Part shown: piece after piece, positions 47,208 through 59,273 of the stretch
How the letters are laid out: each line of letters begins with the position of its first letter
How positions within the stretch are numbered: position 1 is the first letter of the stretch
Assembly (NCBI GenBank): GCA_010015805.1
Contig: ML978122.1
Span: 186,001 to 250,000, forward strand
DNA length: 64,000 nucleotides
Direction: 5' to 3'
From: Rhizodiscina lignyota
Lineage: Eukaryota
Notes under the pieces: model-generated
Databases searched by the model: none
What the model was told of the DNA's origin: nothing
Seen by the model: the letters and a program-made list of their open reading frames with translations, nothing else
Position numbers and translations under genes: made by a program

Positions 47208-49879
47208 TTACTTCTTCTTCCTAAACCTGAACTTCAAGTCATCGCCACTCCCATCGCCATCATCATCGTCATCCCTCCTGCTCTTTCCAATCGTACGGCG
47301 CTTGGTCGCTTGCTTCTCTGCTCCCTGAGGAGGACCAGCAGCCTTTCGCTTGCTTGCGAAGGTAAGGTCGTCATCCACTGGCTCCTCGTCATCCTCCTCT
47401 TGCACCACCCTGCTCTTTCCTGCTGAACCTCTCTTCCTTCCCTGCTCTCCGCTGGCCTGGCTCCGCCCGGTATTGCCACGCTGCGTGACATTCTGGCTTG
47501 TACGTTGGGTCGTCCTTTGAGTTGTGTTGAAGAAGAGGTCTGGACTCCTGCTTTCACGACTCGTGTTGTTGGGCTCGAGCCAGTACTCGTCACCGGTACC
47601 GTTGTCGTTCGTCTTCGCCACCTCCAAACCAACGATGACTGTACTTGGCCGCGGTAGCGGATCGTCCTGGTTATCTCCTTTCCTGATCTTCCTGAAACGC
47701 TTGAAGTTCTTGCGTCCATTCCAGCGTTCGTCCCATCGCTCACTCTGTTCACCCGCTTTCGCACCGACCACGGAATCGCGCTCACGCTGGGGTAGCACAT
47801 CCATCTCTTCAATGACAGCGCACTCTTTCATCTGACTCACTGTCATACCTGCCATCCCCGCCATTGCTTCCTGAAGTTGCTCCTCTTTACGGTCAGCTTC
47901 TTCCTCCTGCTTTACCCGTCTGTTCCTGGCTATGCCGAGGATGTCCAATTCGCCCTTCTCTTCCAACTTCTTTCGGACCTTCTGGACCTTCTCTGTCGCT
48001 TTCGCCAATTCGCTCTTGGGCTTTGGTGGAGGCGCATTGGCCACTGGTCCCACTTCAGCTCCTGCACCAGTGCGGCGCTGCTGCTCTAGTTTTCGACGTT
48101 TCAGTTCTGTGGCAGCAGGAACTATCTCGTCAAGAAACGCTTCTTCATCAATGGGATCTGGCGATGCAGGTCGTTTCCTTGAGTTGCTAGTTGCCGGCTG
48201 ATTAGGTCGGGCTCGCTGCGACACAATCTGTGATGCGCCGCTTGCTGCGACAGACTCCTGAATTGGTGGGTCGTTAACAGGCATTGACTCGTCGATGTCG
48301 TCTGCATCAGCATTTGCCTTGGGAAGCCGTGAAGGGTCAAAATCATCAAAGCCTGCAAACCGGCTCTTGTATGGCGCACGATACGTTTTGCGACGCGCTG
48401 CAGGCGATTCTGGTTTGGTGGCAGCATCAGCAGAAGTACCCACAAGAGCAGATGCCGCGGATGTTGTTTGCCGTTCTCGTTGGGGCACTTGAGATTCTTG
48501 TATGCTTCTCTGCAACCTTGTAGAAGCTACGAAATTTAGTAATGCTTTTCCAAAAACATAGTTCAATGTGAAACATACCCGAAAGCTCTGGACGGGGAGG
48601 AGCGCTTGAATCAATGACTATTTCTTCCTGTAGAGGCGTTTTGAGAGGTTTCGCGTCGTTCATTAAGATAGCATCGAGAAATTCGTTCTGCTCAATGGAG
48701 CGTTGATCAAGAGCAAGCTCAATGTCACGGCCGATATTGACTTTCCATGCGTCGTCGCCATCTTTACCTCTTGGAGCTCTAACAACGACAAGCTTTCCTC
48801 CAAGTCCTTTTGCATAGGTCACGAAATCGTTGACGGTAGTTTGTGCTTCTTGAAACTCGTACAATTGGGCTTTGCCGCTGCCGCCATTCACAATGTCGCG
48901 GAGCGTTTCGAATTGTGCTTGATCGCAGAAGATGAAAGTGTAACCAGAAAAGACATCCATTCTGCCGGGATTCGGCGCAATGAATGAGTCAGGTCGCGGG
49001 TTCGGTTCTTTTCCTGCTGGAGGCACGAATTTTGCGGTGTCTGGGAAATTGTTCTCAAAGTCCTCTTCGAGTGCTGACGTTGATGCTGCTTGCGCTAAAG
49101 CATCCACAAAGCCTTCTGTGACGAGGTGTTTTGCGGCAACAAGTGCTTGAAGGCATCTTGGCAAGTTGCGTTTGGCCGCAATGACATGTGTTGTTTGAGT
49201 TGTGTCGTAGTCGAGACTAATTTTGATGTCAAAACGCTCAACCCGCTCGCGTAAGACTTCATCGCTGTTCTTCCGCAGACTCGCCGGTGTCAGAACCACC
49301 GGAAGCCATTTGATACTGACAGGAGTTAGTTCACATGTGTACTATTGTCGCGAATGGAGAAATACCGAAGTTTTTGCTGATAGTTGCCTAACTGAACAAC
49401 ATGTTCGTGCTTGGCGAGTTCCACACTCGCATCCTTGAACTTTTGGCCATCGAGAGTCGTTCCGATCTTGGATTGATCCGTAAGCAGAATCTTTGCCCGA
49501 GCATCTAACTCCGTCTGCATATAGAACATGTTAATGCTCAACCCATAAAAGTATACGAAGGATCCATACCGCAGAGCCTCCCTCAACCTCCGAAATGGAA
49601 ATGATGAGATGCTTGCGCGAGACAGTCTTATCCTCGATGACATATGAGTCTAAGACTATGTTAATAACATAAAGCACGCTTCCTTTCCGAGGTTTAACTG
49701 GCACGTACGGTCTTTGGCTGTAACGCTGGCATCTGGCGGTTTCGTCCTCCCAAATAAGTAGGTCGAGCCCGGTTTGAGCCAGCGTTTCTTGCCTACACAA
49801 AGTTAATGTTCCGCTGGGAACTCGGAGAGGGTATGTTTATACCTCTGAACAAATCTCCGTCGCATTCTAGAATCCACAT
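47208..49879 (-). CDS. NBS1: Nibrin/Nbs1 (Xrs2; ScaA/RcaA): FHA + BRCT, MRN complex subunit
   Basis: MWILEC..WLKPGSTYLFGRT, VSRKH and SKIGT (FHA); TTHVIA..CLQALV (BRCT); Mre11-binding KNFKRFRK; acidic C-terminal DDLKFRF (Tel1/ATM-binding type); several introns. Confidence 0.93.
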
Positions 49880-50243
49880 GGTGGATGCAAGTGCGGAGTG
49901 AAAGGTTGTACTTGGTGACGCTGATTTATGAGACGGAAACGCGCAGGTGTCGCGAAGGCATGTGATCGAATGCCAAGACCGGAAAACGTGGCGTTCGGGC
50001 GTGGATGAGAACGAGCATGGGGCACCAGATGTATCATGACTGGTTATTTCCAGGTAAAGAGCATATAAATGGCCTGCTAGATTGCTGTAATTTGCCCTAT
50101 TGAAAATGGTATTGCATGTTTTTCATTTCATTTCTTCTTGTCTCTGCGAAGAGAAGCCATGCGTCTATTAATAGTTCTATTTGGGGTATCTCAAGTATGG
50201 AAAGCATATGTATGTATTTGAGCCTCCGCATCTGACAGATGCT

Positions 50244-51296
50244 CTAGTCCATATCCTCTAAGCTTGAATGTGTGGCCTCTCGCGTGTCGATTTCACCAAC
50301 CATGATCCCGACCAGACACTCTCCCAGCATATTCTCCCAGTTTACCCACGGATGCACCTCCATGAATAGCTTTTCCCCATCCTTACCGGCCGCTCTTCGA
50401 ATCTCTCCTTCTCCTCCAGGGTGGTAGGGGACGTATGGGGTCAAGTTGTAGACCTTGCCCTGGTAGCTCGCCCACACAGGCCTTCCTTTGCGCCCGTTGT
50501 ATTGCTTCAGGAGAGATGGTGTCACACGTTGAAGAGAGTTCACGCCTGAGAGGTTCGCTGAGGTCCGCTGAAGATTCGCCCAGTCTAGCGGCGAATGGCC
50601 GGGAGAAAGGAGCACCCTTTTACGCGGATTCGGTATTTGAGTGGCGGCTGAGGGTGGCGGCGCAAGCGAATTAGTGGGAGGACCACGGTTAGGTAGAGGA
50701 CCAGTGCTTGGGACTCGGAGAGAGTTTGAAATTGTGGGTGGGTGTCGGTTCGGCTGAGGGAGTCGTGGCGGTGGTGGAGGAGGCATGAGTTTCGTATCGA
50801 TGAGCTTATTGCCATTAGCAAGAGCAGCAGGTCCTAATGGCAGTCGCTGTTGTAAGGTAGATGGTGCGGATGCGCGCTGTGCAGAATTCATTGCTGGGAA
50901 AGATGGTGGAGGAAGCTCATCGATATCGTCTTCGCTATGACTGCTCTTGGAATCATCTTCCTCGAGTGTGAAGGTTGGTACTGATATTGGCGGGCCATTT
51001 GCGGCTTTGGCCTTCGGAGTCGACGCTGGTGAACTCGGCGGCATCTCGTCTGTCTCAACAGAAGCAGTTGGTGGTGTTTGAAGTGCTCCATTTGGAGCCT
51101 TATCGCCTTGTGTGTCGCGAACGTCAACATCTTTGGGGTCGCCATCCTCGTCTTGAACTGCCTGGGGGTAATCTGCGCCTGCGCTGGCGACCGCACCTGG
51201 CGTCCGCTGAGCTAAGGTCCGCAGCCATCCTGGATGGCGATAGCGATATGCACATACGGCGAAGGCAATAATGAGAGCTGAGAACGCGACAAGCAT
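50244..51296 (-). CDS. Cytochrome b5-like heme/steroid-binding protein (Irc21-like), N-terminal hydrophobic anchor
   Basis: RKRVLLSPGHSPLDWANL, VYNLTPYVPYHPGG, AGKDG..LFMEVHPWVN; both heme-ligand histidines present. Confidence 0.9.
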   Translation of the reverse strand: MLVAFSALIIAFAVCAYRYRHPGWLRTLAQRTPGAVASAGADYPQAVQDEDGDPKDVDVRDTQGDKAPNGALQTPPTASVETDEMPPSSPASTPKAKAANGPPISVPTFTLEEDDSKSSHSEDDIDELPPPSFPAMNSAQRASAPSTLQQRLPLGPAALANGNKLIDTKLMPPPPPPRLPQPNRHPPTISNSLRVPSTGPLPNRGPPTNSLAPPPSAATQIPNPRKRVLLSPGHSPLDWANLQRTSANLSGVNSLQRVTPSLLKQYNGRKGRPVWASYQGKVYNLTPYVPYHPGGEGEIRRAAGKDGEKLFMEVHPWVNWENMLGECLVGIMVGEIDTREATHSSLEDMD

Positions 51297-51504
51297 TGAA
51301 AGCGAATGTGGAGACTGTCGAAGTTGAGAGCGGCAGGGCTGAGATGCGACTGCGGATGTGGCGTCACCAATTCAAGGGTCTCGCTCAATTTGCGGCTCTT
51401 CGGTGCATGGACACCTGTAACCCACCGCCGCAATAAGCCGCCATTGCGTTGTATACTATTGTTTGTAATTTTCAGAATCAATCATTAGACAAAATCATTT
51501 AAGA

Positions 51505-52015
51505 ATGATCTCTCGCCGAGCCCTGTTTGTGTGCGCGCGGCACGCGACCTCCACATCGAGAAGAACCCTCATCACTCCTCGAACTACTTCTTTCGCAAGA
51601 CCAGCTACACATTTCAACGCACGAGCACCAAGAAGAATACGACCTTTTTCCACTTCTCCGAAGGTGCAAGCGTCCGAGCAGACCGCGGACGAAATTGTTG
51701 ACGAGCTGCAAGAGCTGTACGAAACCTTGATCCACCTCTGGGCTGCGTTCACCACTGACAAGAAACAGCTACGCCACTGCCAAAGACGAATTCGAAATCG
51801 CGGCCGAAGAGACGGAGAAAATGACGGTATATGCCCAAGATGACAGAGACGCTGCGCGAGAAGAACTCACAAAGCTACAAAATGCGTACAAGGCAGTCGT
51901 AGAAGGGCAGGACACACAGCTAGCTGCAAGTATTCAGAGCAGGGTTGGTCAGCGCATAAGAGAACTTGAGAATGCCGTCGCAGCAATGGAAGAGATGGCG
52001 CAGAATCAAGACTGA
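51505..52015 (+). CDS. Hypothetical helical protein with mitochondrial-type presequence, 2 exons
   Basis: Arg/Ser/Thr-rich acid-free N-terminus (..RPFSTSP); spliced LQELYATAKDEFEIAAEETEKMTVYAQDDRDAAREEL..RVGQRIRELENAV. Confidence 0.75.
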
Positions 52016-52481
52016 GTAGGATAATGAATGAGACTGGCAAGTCACCGACTTCTTGAGCGGGACGAGCAGGAATCGATAATGTCCAACAATGTGGGCAGTT
52101 GCATTACTATGCAAAAAACGACAGACCTAGCCATTCCTCTCCGGTCGTGCTTGTGGTGACTATGCAGGATATACCGGTATAGTATCGCCCAATGAAAGCA
52201 TTGTAGGAAAGCGCAAAAGCTGTCTCTGAACAGTCGTCCATACCCCAAATGGAACCAACGTCTACAACCAAGGCCCGTACCTTCTATGTCCAACGAAAAG
52301 TTGCGGCAAATAAACAGTCCACTCTCAATTAGCACCTTCCCTTGTACTGCCTGGTGATGAGCTCCCTTATTTATTCTGCTCTTCTCCCTCCCGCATTTCT
52401 TCTTTTCTTTTATTCACATCTCTTCGATCCGAATCCCATTATCTCAACAGCTTACACCCCAACATCAATTCTAAATTCACA

Positions 52482-53432
52482 ATGGCAACCAAGAAGATGA
52501 CCCTGACAACTCTTGCCTTCGCCGCCGGCGTTTCGGCACTCAGCGCACGAGGCTACGGCTGGTACGTCCCTCCCCTCTCCGCTGATTGACATGACACTGA
52601 CTTCGACAGCTGTTTCTATCTTACTGCCTCTGGCGGTCCTGGTGGTCCTGTCGGCGAGATCGGTGATGGCCAAATTCGCATCGGTCAAGCTGGCGTTTCG
52701 CAGACCGAGTACTGCCTGGGCCCCGATGGAGGTTGCATTGCCCTCTTACCGTTTCTTGGCCATCACTAACCATGCCCAGGCTTGATCGATGACCACGGCC
52801 GCGGCTGCATCATCACTGAGAGTGCACAGTTCCAATGCGATGCGGGCAAGGCTCCCTTTGGAGGATTCTCAGTCGGCTGCGATGGCACGCTGTCCTACCT
52901 GCAAGACTCGGTCTTCTACGCCTGTCCGACCGGTGACAACGGCGGTTACAACCTCTACACCGTGCCTGTCCCACATCAGGCCTTCTGCGTCCAGGTAACT
53001 CTGTCAAGTGACGAGTACCCATGCAAGGTGCAGTGCGTCCCTCCGCCACCTCCACCACAGCCAGTCTCAGAGCAAGTCTGTGAGACGGACTTTGAAGACT
53101 GCACGCCTCCACAGCCGACCGATTCGTGCGACGTGGAGGCAGACTATGAATATGACAGCAACTGCACGCCACCGTCATCGACAACAACCCCAGAGCCAGA
53201 ACATTACGACTACGATAGCTGCCCAATCTATGAAGAGGAGGAGGACGCTGACTGCTCATCACCGCCACCACCGCCAAGTTGGACGTCAGCTTCAACACCA
53301 ACTTCATGGGCAAGTTCATGGACAAGCTCATGGGAAACCTCGACGCCTGCTTCAACAGCGTGCTACACGACCGATGACGAATGCACAGTGTCGTCATCGA
53401 CACCAACTTGGAGTGCATCATACAGCAAGTAG
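52482..53432 (+). CDS. Secreted cell-wall protein with PIR/Cwp1-like Cys domain and Cys/Pro/acidic/Ser-Thr tail, 3 exons
   Basis: Signal-like MTLTTLAFAAGVSA; CCFYLTASGG..VGEIGDGQIRIG, GRGCII..QFQCD, FYACPTGDNGGYNLY..CVQVTL; introns with CTGAC and CTAAC branch points. Confidence 0.8.
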
Positions 53433-54373
53433 AGCACTACTCGAAGACACAGCTCAGCGAAGGGCGCTCTGTCTCATGCGCTTCAGTGTTTGATGTCGAC
53501 ATCCTGCATGGTTTGTTGAGCATGTCATGGACAGCATCAGGGTTATGATGTTGCAGGAAAACAGGCTGTGTCCTTTGTTTGTTCCGTTATTACAGAAGTA
53601 GTCTTTTCAATGCATCTGTCCCGCCACTTGTGCAATTGCACATCCGCATCTATTCATCGTCCAATACTGTGAAGGCAAGATATCGCATTGGATGAGAGGC
53701 TACTTCTCAATATGGAGAGCTTCGCGAATACGACATGTGGCGTACAAGCGTCTAGGAGATATCCAATGTCCGGAATTGAAACGGAAAGGTAATGCCTTGT
53801 GATTAGTTCTGAGTTCATTTTCGAAATCTGAGGATGCACCCTTGCAGCTTGTTGAACGTACGAGGCTTACGTGATAGGACTCTGCAAGATGATGAAAACA
53901 CGCATACATCGTAGTCGAAGATGTTTCGGGACGCCTGACGGCGCAGCAGAGTGAGCCAGAACGAAGATCGACGGAGAATTTCTTCGATGAATGGCCAAGC
54001 TACTATGCGCAGCCGCTAAAAATGCTTAGCCAAAGCTTGTCGGGCTGAATCGATGTACATCATTTCCAGGAGGAGGCATCCAGAAATCGCTCAAGGGTCT
54101 TTTAGTGTCGGTTTCCAAACCGCCTTACCACCGTCACAGCCCTGCGAGTTTTCGTCTCATTACAGCGGACGTGAACTCCATTGGCCTTTCCCGAATCCTT
54201 CTCGAAAACCTGCTGGAATGGAAATTGCTGGTCAGTAAGTATATGAACTGCTTCAAATTTCTCCTTGAAGTTGAACCATTGCATATCAGACAAGAACAAA
54301 GTCTTCGGTTGCCCAATAACATCTCGAGTGTCTCTGCGCCTTCATCTTCATTTCAGTCTATCAAAGTCAATCC

Positions 54374-54826
54374 ATGTCTTCAAGCAACATGAACAACTCG
54401 GGGGCAGAGCAAGTCCTCCCCGACTATGCCAGCGAAGCCAGCGTTCCACTTCCAACATACAACGCTCCAGGCTCGTTAACGGTCCAGGGCGCACAGCATC
54501 TCAAGCCCAAAGCATCTCACAAACCGTCCCATCAAACGACACCGGAAGAACGGCTAAAGATGCTTCAAGAATTCGCAGACGAGAAGATCTACGCGAACGA
54601 CAACTACGGCGGCCACAAGGGCGCTGCCAGCCAATGGCAGGTCCACGACCCTTCATTAATGTTTCAACGCGTCGGGCAGATTCTTAGGCGCGGCGACAAA
54701 CACGGCGAGCAGAAGGTCGATTGGCACACGCACAGGCAGTCGGATGATGGCGATAGGAATTGGACTGTCGATGGATATAAGCAGGAGGTCGCCAGGGGTG
54801 ATAACGAAGGCAGGAAGGTCGTATGA
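54374..54826 (+). CDS. Hypothetical hydrophilic protein (150 aa)
   Basis: ATG-initiated ORF with C/G-ending codon bias, pyrimidine-rich leader and T-rich 3' flank; no family recognised. Confidence 0.55.
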   Translation: MSSSNMNNSGAEQVLPDYASEASVPLPTYNAPGSLTVQGAQHLKPKASHKPSHQTTPEERLKMLQEFADEKIYANDNYGGHKGAASQWQVHDPSLMFQRVGQILRRGDKHGEQKVDWHTHRQSDDGDRNWTVDGYKQEVARGDNEGRKVV

Positions 54827-55440
54827 ATAGAGTGCTACGTTTTGTTCGTCTGAGCGGACGAGGAGTTTACGATGATTTTATGATACCGGTAGCTATTGGT
54901 CTTCTACGCGTATACCTTCTCTTTTTTGTTCCTTTGCGCGTTTGGCGAAAGTAGTGGCGGATTCCCACATTTTGAGTACGAACTTTCATAAGTAATGAGA
55001 CACACCCCAAGGATGCAATGAGATTGGCTTAAAAGACAAAATCTGTGTCGATCACAGCATCTTTCGCGCGTTCTATTAATCACATGCAGAAAAGCTCAGG
55101 ACGCGAATCCCTAGGTATTTTCTATGACTAGTTTTACGCCCTCTAAAGGCATTATTCGATATGGAAGTTAAAGCGAAACGGAAGCGACGCATTCATGGGA
55201 AATAGACCAGCTTCAGCATAGCGAGATGCAAAATGTGTCATCTGATAATAACCAGCTTACGACACCGGCTAGCCGGTGAGTTATCGACGACTAGTTGGCT
55301 GAGTCTGCCAAACATGAGCTGGAAGTAGATTATGGCTCCGACGGTGTGACCGATTGGTTGTCCGCCTGCCAATACAATACCTCTCCACACTCTGACATTC
55401 ATTTCCTACATGAAATTTCTCGAGCTTTACATGGCCACCT

Positions 55441-56735
55441 TTACAACTTCGCGTGACCATTTGCATTGGTAGCTTCCCTTTCAGTTTCTTCCAGAAATTC
55501 ATCGAGAAGCTGCAGTCCTTTCTGCAGATTCCCGGTCGTAGTTGTGAAATGCATACGAACTCTTCCCCTGAATGCGTCCTTCAGCTCTCCAAACTCAAAG
55601 CAGAGAGTGGCGGGTGCCAGAAGCACATTCCTACTCTCGAAAAGCTGCTTGCAGAATTCAACGTCGTCGACAGCCGCACCTGTATGCGGGTCTTTAAACC
55701 TAACAAAGCCCACAGCGCCAGCGGTCGGTGGCACCCAGTCGCATGAATCTTTATGCTTATCGACAAATGCTTGAATGAGGCTGATGTTCTTCCTTGCCAG
55801 AGCGAGATGCTTGTCGAGTATACCCGATCGGCATCGCGGACTAAGCGCTTCTGTGGCAATAGCCTCATCAATCAACGACACAGATGAACAAGACATGACT
55901 CGATAAGACATGAAAGCCTTTCGCAGATGTGCGGAACGAGTTGCAATCCAACCAATACGGACACCCGAAAGCCCGTACGATTTCGAGAGTGAGGAGGTCA
56001 CCACAACCTTTTCGTAGTCCAAGTCATGACGTTCGATGAACGAGTTCGGTACATCGGAGGTGTGGAATAGTGGATGGAATATTTCGTCACAATGTAGTAC
56101 GACATCGTTCTTCTTGCAGAGCTTGATGAGGTCCTCCTGAACCTCGGTGCTGAAATGAGTTCCGGTTGGGTTCACTGGATTGTTCAGCATAATAAGTTTG
56201 GTTTTGCCAGGGCGCATCAAAGCTTCCAGCTGCTTTAGATCCAAGTGCCAGTTATTCTCAGGGTCAAGATGAATGTACGAGATGTCGCAACCAATGTGCT
56301 CTGGCTCTTCGATACATGGTCCATAAATTGGATATTGGCAGATTATATGGTCGCCGGGTTTAAGGAAGGATTGATGAACGATGTGATTCGCTCCAGTGGT
56401 CCCATTGGTGACAATGACCTCGGCAGGTGAAAGATGTGAGAGCTCATGGGTGTACGTGGCGGCAATCGTTTCTCGCAGCTTCGGATTGCCTTGCGCAGAG
56501 CCAAGGTTGAATTTGATGTCATTGAATTGGAAGGCGGCTTGGGTACTTTCCGGAGACTTAGACAGCTCGACCAATTCGTTCAGGGACAAGCCAGGCGTTG
56601 CACTACCGCCGATGACGGTCGTCGTGTCGGGATCAGCAGAATGTAGCCACTATATTCACATCGTAAGTCAAGCATTTCATCAACTGGAAACAAACATACA
56701 TAATAAAGTTTATTGAATCCGACGTCGCCGTCCAT
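55441..56735 (-). CDS. PLP-dependent class I/II aminotransferase-fold enzyme, 2 exons
   Basis: GNPKLRETIA, VIVTNGTTGAN, LNNPVNPTG, CDEIF, SSLSKSYGLSGVRIGW (PLP lysine), terminal RVRM; exon 1 MDGDVGFNKLYY then GTATGT intron. Confidence 0.92.
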
Positions 56736-56798
56736 CTTGATTTGAAAAAAAGGGTTTTTTTTTTTGGAGATTAGAAGTGCCCATGCAGGAAAGAGATA

Positions 56799-57019
56799 CA
56801 TATATATAAATGCCAATGAGTCACGGATGTCGCACTAGCGTGCTCAATATAATGGCCCTTGTCGAAGCAGGAACATTTTTATTGTACTGTAACTGATGAG
56901 TGCAGCTATAATTCCGGCTATTTGAAGGATTGAAATGGGATTCGCTTGTGAGATAGATTGAACTCTTTGGAGACAGATCGGGCTTCTGGAGTCAGAACTC
57001 ACGAGAGGAAAATCACGTG
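56799..57019. promoter_or_regulatory. Aminotransferase promoter: TATA, Gcn4/CpcA site, Cbf1-type E-box
   Basis: TATATATAAA 56801-56810, perfect TGAGTCA (=TGACTCA) 56817-56823, ATCACGTG 57012-57019. Confidence 0.5.
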
Positions 57020-57240
57020 TATGTTAGAACAGGGGTGCAACTGAAAGGAGGTTGTGTTATGAAAAGCCCCGCATGAGATTTTTTCAGTCAGGAACTATAT
57101 CCTAAATAGGTAGTCAATTCTGTCTTATTTATAAGTTCAAAATATACCACAAACGCCTGCCGCTCCAATATCCGCGTTGCTTGCCGAAGACTTGTCGAAT
57201 TCGTCTCCACTGGAATGCGGCATGATTTTCTCTGAACCTT

Positions 57241-59127
57241 CTAGGCATTACGCTTAACCAACACAACAGGTCCGGTATATTGATGCCTCGCTTTTACAAC
57301 GTAGTAAAACGCCGCGATAAGCAGAACACCAACAAACATAACCGGCGACCAGTTCAGATTCTCCCTATAAGCTGCAATTAGCACATACCAATCTTAGACG
57401 GAAGAGCACACATACGCGGTGACATCCCTATAGAGCGGCCACGTATCGAAGAAAAGTAGGGGCGTGATGAACAACAAGGCGACAATGTTGATGCCCAGGC
57501 CATACTTTCCGAGGGACCAGCGTCGCTGTGGCAACGGTGCACCAAAGAGTCGCCTCCAGACCAAGCATCCGATCGTGATATAATAGGAGGCGAGGATGGA
57601 TAGCACACCGAGCGAATTGATGGCGTTGAGAGCAACGCTCGAACCGATGTTAATCAGCGATAGTAGGGTGCTGATGATCAGGGAGACGGTGACGGCGCGA
57701 ATCGGAATGTTCATATGAGGAGAGACGTGCGAAAGCCAGCCAGAGAAGGGCACACCTCTGCAGAGCCATTGTCAATACTGACAGAGTGTAATAGGAGTGT
57801 AAGTATGGACTTACCGGTCGCGAGCAAACGACCATAGCTGGCGGGAGGCAGTTGCAACTTCGCTAATGCAAGCAAAGATGAGCATAATGACGATGATGGC
57901 CGCCATTGTATTTGTGCCGGACAAGCTGTTCGTTGCATTGTAGAAAACGGCGAGAAATGGCTCGTATGTTGGCGTGGCAAGTACATCGTCGAGGTTGCCT
58001 AGGCAGAACACGAAGGTAGTACCCATGATGAAGGCCATCAAGCCGTTCAAAACGGTGGACCACATGATTGATTTTGGTAGGACACGAGACGCATCTTGCG
58101 TCTCTTCAGCTGTTGAATCCCATTTGTGAGCTCTCTAGAGAAATCAATGAGAAAGGGGCTACATCGCAAAACTTACACATATGGACGGAACAGTCGTATC
58201 CAATGAGTAGACCAACAGGTGTGACGACACCAATCATGCATGCCAGTCCTGTGCTTTGCCATCCTCCTGTGTTCGTGAATGTCAGGAGCACGTCGTGAGC
58301 ATTACCACGATCAGCCGTAACCCAAAGAGGGATGATGATTCCGAAGAGGCCCAAGAAGTGGATGGCGACAGCGACAATCTCAATGTATGGCAGACGGTCG
58401 GCAAGAATTGTGTTGAAGGCGATGGAGAAGACAATCACCGCGATTGTCAAGAGAGTGCCGTGCCAGCTATGCCACACATAGCTGTCGTCGTTGAGCACAA
58501 TCAAGCCCTGGAGTACGCTGCCGACCATGAAGCAGATGCCAGCGAGATAGACCTGCCAGCCCATCGCACAGAGCCAGCCCACAGTGTAGCTGAGTTCTTT
58601 TTGAATTGATGGTGGTGCAAATTCGGAGACCCAATGGTATTGCTTTCAAGAATCAGCTTGTATATCCACGTAATATGCTTCAGCGAGGCTTACTCCGCCA
58701 GCAGTTGGACACCTTTGAGGAATCGTTTGGTCAGTGACAGCTCTTGTGTGTAGGTCTTCGTCTGGTTCACTTACATCGACGCCATCTCAGCCAAGCTAGC
58801 ATAAACGAATGTCATGCCGATACAACCAGCAACGAGGGCCCAGAAGAGGATGGCAGTGCCACCGTCAGTCAATGCGAACACTGAGATGACAGGTAGAATC
58901 TCCCACGCGACCATAACGGTGCTCGAGAAGCCAAAGATGGCATTGAATGAGAAGTTTCGTCGCAGCACCTGCGTCTTGCCCAGTACCGCCATGTCGTGCA
59001 CATCAGTCGATGTGCCTCTGAACCTCTCCGGCACAGTGCTGCCCTCGAACACCTTCTCATCGTCTCCCTCCGGTGGGTCTGCCATAATCTCAGCAATCTC
59101 GAGATCTGTCGGATCGTGCTTCGTCAT
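57241..59127 (-). CDS. APC-superfamily amino acid/choline (GABA-permease-like) transporter, multi-exon
   Basis: LGKTQVLRRNFS, SLAEMASM, PTAGG, GWLCAMGWQ, GYDCSVHM, ASRQLWSFARD, WSLGKYGLGIN, C-terminal YTGPVVLVKRNA*. Confidence 0.93.
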
Positions 59128-59231
59128 GATGTCGATTGAACTGTATCGCAGCAGAGATCTGGACGCTACACAGTGGGGAAATACCAGATTTTGTCCTCGG
59201 GGCGATCAGCAGCATTATGCGATGCTGTCCT

Positions 59232-59273
59232 GACCCAGACCAGAACCCGACCCAGACCAGAACCCGACCCAGA
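59232..59273 (+). repeat. 17-bp tandem repeat GACCCAGACCAGAACCC x about 2.5
   Basis: Two exact copies (59232-59248, 59249-59265) plus partial GACCCAGA. Confidence 0.9.
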
